DNA of 64,000 bases from Octopus vulgaris (lineage: Eukaryota). The number at the start of each line of letters is the position of its first letter. Position 1 is the first letter of the stretch. The DNA is taken from NCBI GenBank assembly GCA_951406725.2, contig OX597828.1:8184001-8248000 (forward strand), in the 5' to 3' direction. The notes under the pieces are model-generated. The model made no database searches. It was not told the DNA's origin and worked only from the letters and a program-made list of their open reading frames with translations. Below, in pieces: positions 13,664-33,124 of the stretch. The translations under genes were made by a program, and so were the position numbers.

Positions 13664-14011
13664 AGTATATGCGTGCTTGTGTGTTTATGTGTGTACAAAT
13701 GATATTGTTATGAATATTTTAAGCATTTTTCAAAATATAAAGCAAAATCCACAGTATGCAGAATTTTCAGTGAATTAAACTTTTCCATATTCTAGCTTCG
13801 ATGGAATAAGACACACAGACCAGTGTATAGAGATACACCTACACTCAAACACAAATATGCACATGTGAACTATATACTTACACATATCTTTATTACTCAC
13901 ACAGTAGCATAATGTATGTGTGTGTATATATATATATACACACATTTATATGCATATATACATGCATGCATATATGTACAAACTTACATATACATGTATA
14001 TACATATGCAT

Positions 14012-14090
14012 ATATGGGTACAGGACGTCATCAAACGTAAGCAACATGGAATATGCAGTTTTATTTTTTGCGAACAATGAAATGTCATGT
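14012..14090 (+). repeat. Fragment of a TA-associated dispersed repeat
   Basis: gggtacaggacgtc...aacatggaatatg...tttttgcgaacaatgaaa resembles the reverse complement of 26345-26425. Confidence 0.45.
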
Positions 14091-15303
14091 CACCGTTTAA
14101 ATGAATTCGCACTGAGCACTAAAAAGGAAATGGTCATGTGAAACATATCGTGATGGCTAGCAAATAAATCACAATTTCAAGTATTTTACCGGGGCTTTAT
14201 ATTTTAATCCATTCCAGAGACCAGAATGTTCTATTTCGTAGTGTGATAGATCCGGCGGGATTGTGTTATGGAAATGTACAAAAGTGCCAGTCGTCAATTA
14301 ACGAGCTATGTTTAATTTTCACTCCACTTGGTGGGACACAATGAAGGTTGAAATTGAAGTTAATTACTCGACATATATGAATGATCTTCAACAGGAAGCC
14401 TATTTTTATAATGAATTTACATCCGTTTCGTCGACTCCCAAAAGCTGCGAGTAGAAAATGAAACACTTTTTTATTAAATATAACTATAAAAATATGATCG
14501 ATTAAATTAATGTGGTAGCTATATGGTTAATAGACACATGACTTCGGATTATTTTTAGATATCAAAACCAATATTACCAGATCCACATATGCTCTATGAT
14601 TTGAAGCTTTTTGATGTTCAGTATGACGTTAACCAGTATGTGTACTGGTCCTTAAAACTATGCAACTGTGTTAGCATAACAAACATGACTTAGAAGGCTC
14701 AAAAGTAACGTTTAAAAAATAGAATGGGACCACGAATGATATTAGATATTATCGAGTTGGCAATAATTCCCCTGTGCAGCCACAGCAATGAAGCAAGAAC
14801 GTTTTTAGTAAACCAATGCTTGTTACAGTCAGGTTCTAGATTTAAAATGAATTTGCTTTACGTCGCTATTATTCGCAGCAAAGGAATATTCAGCAAATCA
14901 TTCCGTTTTCCTTCCTTAAAAATCTGCTCTTTTGTGTTTCATAAGATGAAACATGATAAATTTCTGCATAATGCACTTATTAATGGTGTTAAAATATTAT
15001 TCAACAACTAAACGAAGTGTTGATGGTTCGCGGTCGTCTATTATGTGAGATCTAAGTAGGTATGATGGTTAAATGCAAAAGGCAAAAAGTGGAAGTTGGA
15101 GCCTTCCCAATGGAAAAATATATTGTTCGATTATAAATGTTACATCCCGTTCCCGAATTGTGTATCATAAAGATATAAAACTTCTCCAGGATATCACTCT
15201 GATTAGAATATGAAATATTCTCAAACAAGCTGGCATTATAATTAAACTCTACATTTGTTTCAGACTTTTGTTATGCATGATGGAAACCGTATGGTCCATT
15301 GAA

Positions 15304-15534
15304 GGCGGCGAGCTGGCAGAAACGTTAGCACGCCGGGCGAAATGCTTAACGGTATTTCGTCTGCAGCTACGTTCTGAGTTCAAATTCCGCCGAGGTCGAC
15401 TTTGCCTTTCATCCTTTCGGGGTCGATTAAATAAATACCAGTTATGCACTGGGGTCGATATAATCGACTTAATTCGTTTGTCTGCCCTTGTTTGTCCTCT
15501 TTGTGTTTAGCCCCTTGTGGGGAGTGAAGAAATA
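15304..15534 (+). mobile_element. SINE family A, long tail
   Basis: Full head, core and tail. Confidence 0.92.
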
Positions 15535-16149
15535 GGAAACCGTATAGCCCATGTTCAAATTGTCTTATATTACTATCTGCCAGCATATGGCTACGATAGC
15601 GAAGGGCTCCACGGCAGTGAAGATCATTGGAGCAATTTCAGTAAATATATTATCAATGAAATGCATAGATTGACTACAGATGTGAATTACTTCACAGTTA
15701 ATTGAATATTCTTTACCCGTATACTAATTACTTATTGAGTAATATTTAGCGTCACTTTTGATAGTGTATTTAATTCACAATAGAATAAACGTAAGTCTCT
15801 CATCTAGTAAGTATCTTCTATCCCATTTAGACATAAAGTATAAAAGAAAACAGAACGATAAAGAAAAGAAGAAACAGTCATATAGTTAATTGGTGGCGGT
15901 GATATATTAGCGATTGTCAATTAGGAGACGGTTAAAGAATTAGAAGAAATCACTCTCTTGCGAGTAATTAAAATAAACCCCTCCTAGGCTATGAATCAAT
16001 TCGTATGGTAATAAAAGTATTCCAGGAAACATTTAAACTGGCTTCACATAAATTATCGCCACCCAAGCCACGCAGAGACAATGGAATCGTAGAATGGGTA
16101 GGATCGTCAAATTAATATCGCATTATCTTAACAACTGGCTTCTAGTGTC

Positions 16150-16350
16150 TTAGATGTTACCGGAAGGAGGTTTTCGATTCGAAACGAGGTTTTTCTTTGT
16201 CATTATAAGCAAACGATGTATGTTCACCTGGCTTGCTTGATTCAATGACATTTTAGTAACGTGTTAACATTCTATAATCTCTGCGAACTTATGTGTAACA
16301 TTTGATTGGTCAAAGTAAAGCACAGGAAATATGGCGCCCTCTAGGCGTCT
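16150..16350. promoter_or_regulatory. Possible regulatory motif cluster (ETS-like, CCAAT, YY1-like, CTCF-like)
   Basis: accggaagg near 16159, gattggt near 16304, aatatggcg near 16328 overlapping gcgccctctaggcg (reverse complement matches 12 of 14 CTCF core positions). Lies in unique sequence; motif evidence only. Confidence 0.3.
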
Positions 16351-17805
16351 CTCTTTAGATTAACAATACTTTACGGAATAGATTGTTACCGACAATTTCT
16401 CTTTTCTTCCAGACGAACTAACAAGGAACTATAAACGATGTTCGACTATATTAACGAGTTTCTATGCCAGTGTCTTTGATTGAATTAATAAAATTAACAC
16501 GACTTTAGAATGTTTGATGAAATCAAGACAGCGTTTGTCGTAGCAACTTGAAAGAACATTTTCATATGAGTATACAAGCAGCTAAGTGTCGAATTGTAGG
16601 TGCTTGATAAAAACTGTAATTCAAATTGTAGATTATAGTACCCAGTTAGAGGAAGATGCCTATTTCAAACAGGAAACTACTTCATTCAAATATAATCGGC
16701 AGATCTGCACGGGAACAGTGCTGCTTTACATCTGAAACAGTCAATTCTTGAAAATTATCCATCAGATTCCATAAATTTACTTAAAATATTATACTAAAAT
16801 CACATTAAATTACTATATGCTCATACATAACTTATGTGTATGTTCACAACATTGTACTTAATATCTATAAAGACTTGTAGTAATGGCAACTTCAGCATCG
16901 TAAAAGATACATATTATTGTCATTTAATTGAAACATTTGTTAAATGATTAAAATGACCTTAAAAGCTACCAGCTGTTTGAGTAATTATATCAAAAGACTT
17001 TTACTATACGACTGATTTCCTTTATTTTTTTTTTTTGCTTACCTGATTCACAATGTTAATCTGCTGAGTTTTCGTTTGGCGTTAACTTGAGCAATTTCTA
17101 CTTGCGGTTCCGTTTCCTTTCCAATATTATGGCATATTTCAACAGCTTGACGTTTCAATCCTCTATACAACACAGTAGAGATATTTCAACTTGAAACTAC
17201 TCCAGAGTGTTCTGTTTAAGACAAAATGAGTAACTATATTCGGAAATCGATATAGCTCTAAATTTAATGAAAACGCAGCAGAAATTGTAGCAATTTGTAT
17301 TAATCGTTAATTGCAACAGTACAGAGTTCATGGTAACAAGGCAACTTGGTACGAACATTTTGAATAGGAGAATGAAGCCTGGCATATTCATCCTTTGCAG
17401 TTTACAACATTAATCCATTAAGTGTGTGTTTAGCTGCAATCATCAGTATTTTGATATTTTGCATTAAGCAAACTTGCTCATTAAGACTGTTACTAAGTAA
17501 GTATAAACGTATGGTTTCTCGACTGCATTTCTCTCGCAAGATGTTAATCGTCTCAAGGATAAAAATACAATGCACTTTCCCCAAATGCAACATAGTGGAA
17601 TCGACTCATGGGCCACAATATTACAAAGACAATATCTTAACTATGGACGTTGTAGAAATTCTCCATTGGACGTAGAGTTTTTTGAAAAAATAATTTATGA
17701 GCCATATCATAATATAATACCTCAACAAAGATGTTTTGACACTTGTACACACTTGAGTCATATCAATTTTATTGGTAATAACTGTGTTAATACATATTAA
17801 AAGTT

Positions 17806-18012
17806 TAAGACGGCGAACTGACAGAATCGTTTTCCCACCGGGCAATATGCTTAGCAGCATTTCGTCCTTCTTTACCTTCTGAGTTCAAATTCCATCGAGG
17901 TCGACGTTGCCATCAAGTTTTTCGGGGTTGATAAAATAATACTAGTTAAGCACTTGGGTCGGTGTAATCGACTCAGCCCTTTCCCCTGTATTGCTTGTCT
18001 TGTACCAACGTT
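17806..18012 (+). mobile_element. SINE family A, short tail
   Basis: Head, B-box gagttcaaattcc and degenerate core. Confidence 0.8.
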
Positions 18013-19532
18013 TATAATGAATATACCTTAAAAGTTCATAAAAGGACAAAAACAAAGTAGACAAACACTTCTACCAGCTAGTTTGCAATAGCATGTCCCT
18101 TAGTTTTCCTTAATTTGCTCAATCTGTTTGGCAAGATATCATATCTGATTTTCTACCATGAAATATCAGTTCTGATCTTTCATATTTCAAGGTTTCCCAG
18201 AGTTGATCAGCGACGGCAAATTTATGGCAACAATTGTGTTCCTAATACAAACTCAATATGGGATGCAGACCTGCACTTTGACCTCACTAGTTTTTGGTAC
18301 ACTCGCATGAATGTCAGGAACATTATAATGTTGAAAAATGATTTCATTATTTTATTACGATTAATTTATCAGAGCGAAGAATAAATCTGTAACAGTTTTA
18401 TGTGATCTACCTGCAATAGTTTTAGGTTACCTATTTATAACAACTTTAGGTATTGCAAGGCAGTTGTTGATGGCTTAAACATTATACCTTTACCAACGAA
18501 ATTGCTGACTGGTAATGATTTTGTTGTTTAAAAGAGGCTGCGTAACACGTATTTTAGAGTTAAAACCAGGATTCTTGTATCTTTTTGTCAAGGTAATTTT
18601 TGATTATAGTTATATTTTGTGAAGCCAGAAATCAGAAACAGGTTTTTCTTCATATCATGATGAAGTAAGGATTTCAGGTGTTTATGATATTTACTTGCAG
18701 TAGTTTATGCTTTATGTAAAAGAAAGGAAGTAGAAACCTAACTTCTGTATTGGTGACAGAAAAATAATGATCTTTATCCCTATCACGAGCTTATGGATTT
18801 CTGAGAAAGTTGTACGCACTTCACAAAGAATAGCAATTTGCTTTTTATTGTCCACATGAGATAGAAAATTTTTCTCTGAATCCTTATCTAGCACAAAAGT
18901 AAAATAAAAAAAAAATCATAAATTAATTTATCTACACAAGAGAAAATTTATGTTATATGCACGGAGAATTTTATTCAAACGTTAAACGAATGCTGTTGAA
19001 CGTTTCTACTCAAGTACATTTTTTGACATTTTAATAGTTTTTCATTTTCTCGGTTATAATGAACAAGCAAACAGCATGATTTTTATCTCTCCTGTCTTAA
19101 CTGAGATATTGGTGTTGATGGAAAACATGAAAATTTTCAGCTTCGGAAAGTTTTAGTTTCATTTTTCTTGCTACAAATTCATATCCAACTTTGAAAATTA
19201 CGTTCCTCACCTGAAAGCTTGCAGTGAAAAACTTGTAATATTTGGATCAAATATCCCATATAGAATGGTAATTCGCATTATATTTTATCTCCATATCCTC
19301 AAAAATCACTATGGCTCAATTTTTAAACAAGACTTTAATTTCTCTGTGTCACTCATAGCGGCACATCGAAAGAGTTTATCATTGTAGCACTCGGCAAGGC
19401 CCAATGGATTGAACATGCAAATACCATTGCTGCTTGAAGAAAAAATGTCTCATGAAGAACGGTTCCTTTATTGGTACATACTCACATACACACGCACACA
19501 CACACACACACACTTTCACACACATTAGAGGC

Positions 19533-19596
<64 letters not shown>

Positions 19597-20358
19597 TACA
19601 CTTGTTTCAAAAAGTACTTTGGATGCATGTTAAACAATATTGTGCATGTCTGTTAGTGTCCGGTGTCCTTTCTCAAGACAAAGAAAACAAAAATATACAG
19701 AAAAAAGGAATGGAGATAAGAATCGGTTACAAACGAATGACATGCCTTTTACACATGATTAGCTTTTAATATTGAATAAGTGTGTTTTCATTTTATTATC
19801 AGCATACTCAAATTATCGCAGAATCCACGTTAGATTATCATCTCATTAATGTATCTGTGACGTCAATGCTGGGAGACCAGAGCATTGAATACTTTTGAGA
19901 TATAAAAGAGTGTCATCAAAACTTTACGGGGAAACCAGGGAAGGGGGGAAGAAGGAAAAAAACAAAAAAAAAAAATTGACAAAGAATGTAGAAAGGACAG
20001 AGTAAGCTAATAATGTATGTTTACTTATATGGTTACACACATGACAACATTAGCTTAAACACAAAAAGAGGGAAACTACGTAGAAGTACGCATACGAAAC
20101 ATGTACCATCTGTACACAGATGTTAATATATCTAAACAAAAATACATGCACACACACGCCCACACACACGCACACACATACACTCACACAAAAATGCATT
20201 ATATATGTTTTCCGATATACACCTGACACAAACATGCAAATAAGTACCAACTACTTTTTATGTACGCACTTACAAAACATAACTAAATAAAAATATAAGT
20301 TAAGGTACAAATATACTTTGGCGTAAATTGTAAAACGAGTACAATTGCTTCATATGGA

Positions 20359-20900
20359 AAGTTAAGTTAAGTTAATTTTTTGGCTCAAAAAGCAAAAGCA
20401 AGGCCATGTGGGGGGACATGGAGTTATGTACTGGAAGGGTGTTCATGCAAAGAGTTCAGGCCATTTCTGGTCAAGAGAGACTTTGAACCGAGCGGTCGTC
20501 GGCATCCTCACTATCTCGTCCAGCAGCTTATTCCACAGATCCGCAACCCGTGCGGAGAATGCCCCTCGCGTTCGATTCGAGATGAAATCGTCGCAGATAG
20601 AGCTTTTCGGAGTGACCCTGCAGCCGACGCTCTGGAGCAGGAGGGAAGAACAGCTCTTTCGAGACGTTATACTTTCCGCTTATGATGTTGTAAGCGAGAA
20701 TTAGATCAACACGGCGTCGTCGTTTTTCTAGAGAATAAAGGTCGAGCGTCTTCAGTCTTTCTTTATAAGACAAATGCTTGAGACCAAGAACCATGCGGGT
20801 AGCCAGCTTCTGGAATCTTTCGAGATGATGTATGTCTTTGAGGAAATAAGGAGAAGAGGCTTGAATCCCGTACTCCAATATGGGTCTCACCAGCGTAGAC
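20359..20900 (-). mobile_element. CR1-like LINE, 5'-truncated 3' end
   Basis: ORF 20528-20902 LVRPILEYG...LERFQKLATRMV...LSYKERLKTLDLYSLEKRRRRVDLI...GHSEKL, a classic CR1 ORF2 C-terminus. Tail is an (AACTT)n-type repeat at 20359-20376. Confidence 0.92.
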
Positions 20901-21765
20901 ATATCATAACATGTGATATGACAATGAACACAATCATCAACGAATAGAATATCGGTGCAAGTACGTAGCCGGGAATCATGTATACGGAATCGATCGAACG
21001 ATCTCTAGATAAATGTATAATATTAGATGTATGCAATAACACGCACAAAGCCAAATATACCTTCACGTATAATAACGCTGGAAGTTAATTAAAATGAAGG
21101 CAGAAATAAGGAACAGCGTGAAAAAAAAAAAGAAACTTAAACAGACATGTTAATGAAGATACAAAAAACACATACATGCACACTTAAGTACGTTGAAGCC
21201 GTAGGCATATAAAAAATGAAGCATGGAAACATATAAGTGGAAAGAATTAAGATATACGAGACAGAAGGGCATTAGAAAATAGCTGAAGCAATAAAATGAT
21301 AGTAGGGAATAAAATGATAAAATGATAGTACATCACCACGCAGAACCTTTTTTGTTCCCTTTTTTCCTATTACTCTGATTTTGAATTCCCCTCCACGAGG
21401 CATTATTTTCAAGTACAATGTCGTATGCACCTGACGTGAAGACATTTACGAAATGCTACGTAATCTACATACGATGTTGTATTTGAAACAAATGTATTAC
21501 TTAGTGACCTTTTCCGTACATATTATTTACGGATTTGATTATTGCATTACAAGTAAGGTTCGATGCCTTTGAAGTGGAGTTGTATAGCAATTGTCATCGG
21601 AAATTTCCGTTTAATATCGATATGGGACGAACTGTATGTTTTACCGTCATCATACGACTGATCCTGCTACATATGTCCATATATATATATATATACACAC
21701 GTATACAGAAAATAAATATAGACATCAGAGTGCAATGATATATAATATATATATATATATATATA

Positions 21766-22130
21766 ACGTGGCACTCCGTCGGTTACAACGAAGGTTCCAG
21801 CTGATCCCATCAATGGAACAGCTTGCTCGTGAAATTAACACGCAAGTGGCTGAGCACTCCACTGACACGTGTACCCTTAACGTAATTCCCGGGGAGATTC
21901 TGCGTGACACAGAGTGTGACAAGGGAGGCTCTTCTAAATACAGGTACAACAGAAACAGGAAGAGAGAGTGGGTGAAAGTTCTGGTGAAAGAGTACAGTAG
22001 AGTTTGCCACCACCCTCTGCTGGAGCCTCGTGGGTCTTTAGGTATTTTCACTTAATAAACAGTCACAACTTTCGGTCTGGGAATCGAAACGGTGAGTCTG
22101 CTTCCCTAACCATTGAGTCATTGCGCCTCC
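21766..22130 (-). mobile_element. SINE family D (tRNA-like head), between microsatellites
   Basis: Minus strand begins ggaggcgcaatgactcaatggttaggg...gtttcgattcccagacc (A/B boxes), followed by a GC-richer body. Confidence 0.65.
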
Positions 22131-22134
22131 TCAG

Positions 22135-22210
<76 letters not shown>

Positions 22211-22871
22211 TGTGTGTGTTTGTGTTTGCGTGTTTACGGTTAGTTTCCACAGAACTCCCGCACATAAGCCATTAGAGAGGCTGAAGTTATGATAACAAAA
22301 CAGAACTTGCTATTGCATATTGGAATCGAAACCGGAGTTACACGTTTGCTATACGAAAAGTGTAACAGTGCAACTTTGCCTACATCCGTTTACGAACCAG
22401 GCGGGTAGTACAGAGCTGTGTAGAATTAATTAGTTCATATACATCGTAGTGTGATACGTAATTTTACTTTTGTGTTTTGTTTTTAGTTTATGCATGCAAG
22501 ACTGATTGATTTTATATATAGTATTCTGCTCTATTATTTATTTATTAATAAGACAATTTCGTAATGAGTTTATACGCATACACCACGCACGCACGCACAT
22601 ATATACGCACGATTTTATTGAGTTCTCTATATGACATGTTGAATATGTAGTTACACATTCCATCAAATGAATAAATCAACGTGAATCAAAAAATCATACT
22701 TGCAAAAGTATGTTTTTGGCTGTCGTTTTTATTTCATTGTAGTTTTAACATTGGAGTAAATCTAATCAACATATTTCAATGCCACAATCTTACTCCCTCA
22801 CGCAAACACACAGGTGTGTGTGTGTGTGTGCGTGTGTGTCTTGAGTGCGTGCGTGTGCGTGTGAGTGTGTT

Positions 22872-23081
22872 GACGAAGGGATGCTGAACAGTTCCTGGCT
22901 TTAAATGTGTCAAGAAAAGCCTGGTTGGAGGCCCAATCTTCAGAGTTCTCTCACAGGTGTTAGAAAAACTGCAATAGGTGAGTGTATCTGAGATGGTAAT
23001 AAGTTGAATGAAATCATAATTAACTGATCCTCTTGTATTTTCTTTGCTCCAAAGCTAGGAAATTTTCAGTAACCCCTCGTA
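22872..23081 (+). mobile_element. Mariner-derived MITE
   Basis: Imperfect ~30-bp TIRs acgaagggatgctgaacagttcctggcttt / aaagctaggaaattttcagtaacccctcgt, ending in TA. The interior resembles a transposase C-terminus. Confidence 0.8.
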
Positions 23082-23099
23082 TGTATATATGTATATGGT

Positions 23100-23830
23100 G
23101 GTTGGTCATACATCTCGTGACAGATTTTGAGATTTTTCGTCCTGTAGTGAGTTCCCCGCAAAACTGTCTCCTTACTATGTTGTACTAGTTGAATTTTGCA
23201 TACAACTACACCAACTGCTTGGACGTAAACTGGCTGAGTTTCAAGTGAATGTCTTGCGTAAATAGAAAGCTGGACTTGTTTCCTTTGAGGATCTCTTTGC
23301 AGATTGACTCCCATTTTGCTTTATTGAAATTCAGAATGGATAAGAATGAGTACTCCTGATAGGGTAGATAATGGCAGTTCGCTCAGGGCCATATATAGCT
23401 AGTTAATTAAGGTTGTGATCTGAGAGTGTTGTTGGCGTCACCTTAACATTATAGACAAGGTCCACATTATTTGTGAAGCAGAGGTCCAAGATTTTGTTTC
23501 CCCTGGTTGGCCTGAGTATCACTTGGTCCATGATCAGTATATTAGAAAATTCAAGTAATGACTACATGTTTTTGTTCGTACAATGACATCCCAGAGAGGA
23601 TGTGGCTTGCTGGCCATTTAAGATGTTGGAGGTTGAAGTCACTCAGGAAAAGTATGTTGATGTTCTGATCTAGGTTTGTCAAAACCATTACGATATGTTT
23701 GAGGCTATCCACTAATTTGCCATCAAATTTTGTGGAATTCGGCGGACAATATATTTTGCATACAACTACACCAACTAGCTTTATGTGTTTTATTAGGGTG
23801 TTACATTCAAACTCGGTTTGAATGTGACAG
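23100..23830 (-). mobile_element. CR1-like LINE AP-endonuclease fragment
   Basis: KIYCPPNS (YRPP-like), ILFLSDFNLQHLKW (GDFN-like), RPTRGNKILDLCFT. Confidence 0.8.
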
Positions 23831-23900
<70 letters not shown>

Positions 23901-24342
23901 GAGGGTTTTTTTTCTGTCTACAAAGTTCATTCATATGGTTGTAGACGGCTCAACAAAACTAAAACTTGGAAGTGCTAAGTTAAAACCAGATAAGTGAATT
24001 GACTGAAGAAATTGTTCCACAAGGACGAGAAATGCTTAAAACCACAGATATCGGAATGCGTCGTTTCACATCCTCAGCAGCAGTTACGTTCACAGTGTTA
24101 GACCGAATTTCGTCAAGCACTATACTTCAATAATACCTAAAACAGTCTAGGATAACACAAAAACTTCATTGGGCTTTGCATAATTTACACACATCCACTT
24201 AATATACAGGCTGCCAAGTTTTAGTTACATCAATACCTGTTTAGCTACTGTCAAACTATACTGGCTTCAAATTTCGGTCTAGTATTTATTGTTTCGGTAC
24301 CTTTTAGTGAAGATGTAAAACTACGTTGTAATCACGCAACAG

Positions 24343-24513
24343 AGAAGTCCTAACGTTAGCGATGAGGAAATTCACTGATGCAATCGTTGCTTTTAAGCTT
24401 TAGTCATCTTTACGAGATTATTTCTCAGACGATACACTGGTGCTTATGACGTTTAATCGGCGATTCCAAGTCAAGTTGGATGTGCATGCTAATATTTGCT
24501 AGAAGAACTGTTT
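24343..24513 (+). repeat. Unclassified dispersed repeat, copy 1
   Basis: Colinear similarity with 32887-33062; shared blocks agattatttctcagacgataca and cgattccaagtcaagttgg. Confidence 0.85.
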
Positions 24514-24830
24514 CCATCGTTTATTGGTTATATAAAACGCACGCGCGTGTTATACGTACATCAAAAACATTCGAAATAAGATGTTACTATTGTTAATACC
24601 ATCTATGGCAAATATTTTTAATTCACAGAATTAACAGCAGTAACATTGGCTGTTTACTGGTTTAATAGAATTATAAGCTATAAAATATAAAATTTGCACG
24701 ATGCCTTAAGTATGCAGTGAGCATCAACCTATTTAGAAATGAGCGCTAAAGTCTCAATTCAACTGCCAGAAGGCACGAAAATAGTCGAAAATAACAGTAT
24801 GCGAGGAAACGGACAAAGAATTAAAATGCA

Positions 24831-25218
24831 TACTCTTTTACTCTTTTATTTGTTTCAGTCATTTGACTGTGGCCATGCTGGAGCACCGCCTTTAGTCGAG
24901 CAAATCGACTCCGGGACTTATTCTTTGTAAGCCTAGTACTTATTCTATCGATCTCTTTTTGCCGAACCTCTAAGTTACGGAGACGCAATCACACCAGCAT
25001 CGGTTGTCAATCGATGCTTGGAGAACAAACACACAAACACACACACATATATACATATATACGACGGGCTTCTTTCAGTTTCCGTCTACCAAATGCACTC
25101 ACAAGGCTTTAGTAGGCTATAGTAGAAGACACTTGCCCAAGGTGCCACGCAGTGGGACTGAACCCAGAACCATGTGGTTGGTAAGCAAGCTACTTACCAC
25201 ACAGCCACTCCTGCGCCT
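24831..25218 (-). mobile_element. SINE family C (tRNA head, CORE-like block, internal TA/TG microsatellite, aagagta tail)
   Basis: Minus strand aggcgcaggagtggctgtgtggtaagtagc...gggttcagtccc...ccttgggcaagtgtctt. Many copies in the window. Confidence 0.9.
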
Positions 25219-26159
25219 ATAAACATCTTATATATATCGTTTTGAGATTGCTCTTTGTTGCAAATGTATGGTGAGCCAAAATGTTCTACTAGCATGTCTA
25301 AGTGTAACAACTGTGGTCTTCAAGTTTGCAACTTTCAGTTTTATTTCGAATTCATAGATGACACTGACCAATGCTACCTTATTGGAGTTGTTACATGTTC
25401 GATGTCCGTTATTCATAAGCTGCCTTCTGGTTTTGTTGTTTTCTGTAGTATACTTGTAGTTTAAGCTTGTGATCAAGTATCTTGAATACTAGTACAGCAC
25501 TCTGTCGTAGGCTCACAGTACATTTACAAGGAGCAATTGCAAAATATTGTAACATACAACAAAACTAATTTAGAGAAATGCTTGAGGATAATGTCTACGT
25601 AAAAATAAAGGCTTTCAATAAGTATAAGATTAATATATTTGAGTCTGTACTCATATTCCAATACAATGCCTAAATAAACACAAAAACTATGTACACATGA
25701 AAACTTTAACAAGTAACTAGCAGCATAAAAACGTGATATATCAAAATTTGACCACAACAAACAAATGAACGCGTGAGTACTGTTGTGTAATTCTAATAGT
25801 CGAAAGCATTTGTCGGGAAAGTCTACATAAATTCAATTTGAATATAAAAAACAATGCAGTAAAAATTCATAATCCATTGCTCACTGAAGAACAACATGTA
25901 TGCAGTTGAATCTGTTGGTCTAACAGCATATATGTTGTTAAATTTGCTGGAGTAACATGTCAAATATTGACCTGCATTTGGTAGCCGGGAGATTTGGCTA
26001 ATTATATGACAATGCATTGCATAATCTTATGTAAGTTGCATGCCTCACATAACTGAATGCAAGATGTTATGTCATAACAATATCTCCAAATAAAACAGAA
26101 TAGCTAAAATATAATCAACTCGTCTTAAAAACAAACGCACGCGCGTACACATATATACT

Positions 26160-26424
26160 TGGAGCGTTCGCCACCTCACCTCGTTAGGGCTTAGCAGCGC
26201 TTACTGGTTGCTTTCACTGTTCTGTATATGTTACCAAATTTGACCCTCTGCAAATCCCAAATTTTATTTTGCCTTACGGGAGCAACTATTTTTTTCGAAA
26301 TGTGGAGTAGATAAAACAGACGACAACTGATGTTTCCATTTGCTTCTTTCGTTGTTCGCAAAAAAAGTTCGTATTGCATGTTTTCGTATTTCATGTTGTT
26401 TAGGTCTTATTACGTGCTATACCT

Positions 26425-26425
<1 letters not shown>
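26160..26425. repeat. TA-flanked dispersed repeat, unclassified
   Basis: Bounded by TA/CA repeats; partly similar to 14012-14090 in inverted orientation. Confidence 0.4.
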
Positions 26426-31790
<5,365 letters not shown>

Positions 31791-31937
31791 ACATACACTG
31801 TTGATTCCGGATTTGAATGGCTTTGCCACGTTGTGCTATTCAGTTAGACATGGCCTGGGCCTATACTGACCGAAACCTATCAAATCATGCATAAAAATTA
31901 AACATACATACAAACATACATACACACATATATATAC

Positions 31938-32265
31938 ATTCGTTTCCAGTCGAAAGACCCCTGTTGTGATGTCCTGTTATTATTATTATTATTATTGTTG
32001 TTTCGTATAATGTTTGTATTTATATTCGTGTAACATCGTCCGTTTTTCCGTCCTTGTTTTGTATACATCCGAAGCTTCCTTCCAAGGAATCTAATGCTCT
32101 TAGCTTAGTTTTTCCTTGGGGCTGGCCAGATGGGAGCTATCTCAAGATTAATCAGCCGAAATTGCGAGGATGATCCTGTTCTTGATTGAAGATCGAAGGC
32201 TTCGAATGACCCGTCCGTGTTTTTTGTATCGTCTTCTGGATATTTTGCGTTCTTGTCCCATTTTG

Positions 32266-32270
<5 letters not shown>
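31938..32270. mobile_element. Short TA-embedded element, unclassified (possibly Penelope-derived)
   Basis: GC-richer, hairpin-rich island bounded on both sides by TA repeats. Confidence 0.4.
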
Positions 32271-32302
<32 letters not shown>

Positions 32303-32886
32303 TACACACATACGATTATTAGCTTCCGAGAATTATCTGGCATGGGAACCTTAACTACTACATTAGGTGAATTGGTACTAATATTGCTGTGGTCGCAAAT
32401 ATCTACTTTTAATGTGTATAAAATGTCATAGTGATGCTTTGCACTGTAAGATTCGGCTAATATGCGTCCAGCCGGAACGTTTCAAATAGGATAGGATGCG
32501 TAAGAGGCTTTTATACTGTTGCTTTTATATTGTGGGGGGCTTTTATACTGGTTTTGTCACTAATACGTGTGCTTTAAAAAAGCTCACTGCTTAATTGTGA
32601 CGTCAGTGCCTGGAAATCACAGTAATTCTAGATATCGTGAGATTTGGCTTGTAGATATTTAATATCCATGGGGCTATATCTTACAGCAAACCAATTAAAA
32701 GAATGCTAATATTAGTGACTGAAAATCTAATCTAATCTCTCCTGCAGAAATATTTCTTGAAACAGCCCCATATTCCCAAACTAACAGCAACTTCAGATTT
32801 AGATTGAAAGATTTGTAACCTAAAAGGAGACCAAGGACAGTAACATGGTTCATTCTCATTTTCTCTTTCAGAGAATGTCCTAACAA

Positions 32887-33062
32887 AGAAGTCCTAACAT
32901 CAGTGGTGAGGAAATTCGGCCTATGCAATTGTCGCTTTTAAGGTTTAGTAATTTTCGCAAGATTATTTCTCAGACGATACATTAGTTTTCATGACGCTAA
33001 ATCAACGATTCCAAGTCAAGTTGGTTGGATGCGCATACTAATATTCGCTACAAGAGCTGTTT
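32887..33062 (+). repeat. Unclassified dispersed repeat, copy 2
   Basis: Similar to 24343-24513. Confidence 0.85.
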
Positions 33063-33076
33063 GTGTCGCCTATAGG

Positions 33077-33124
<48 letters not shown>

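Noticed and set aside
18200-18245. DQRRQIYGNN, resembling a P-type ATPase N-terminal motif
   Set aside because: No downstream similarity and no convincing splice sites.
32110-32215. Hairpins with TTGAAGA and CCGAAA, possibly a hammerhead
   Set aside because: Core halves and stems cannot be assembled into one consistent fold.
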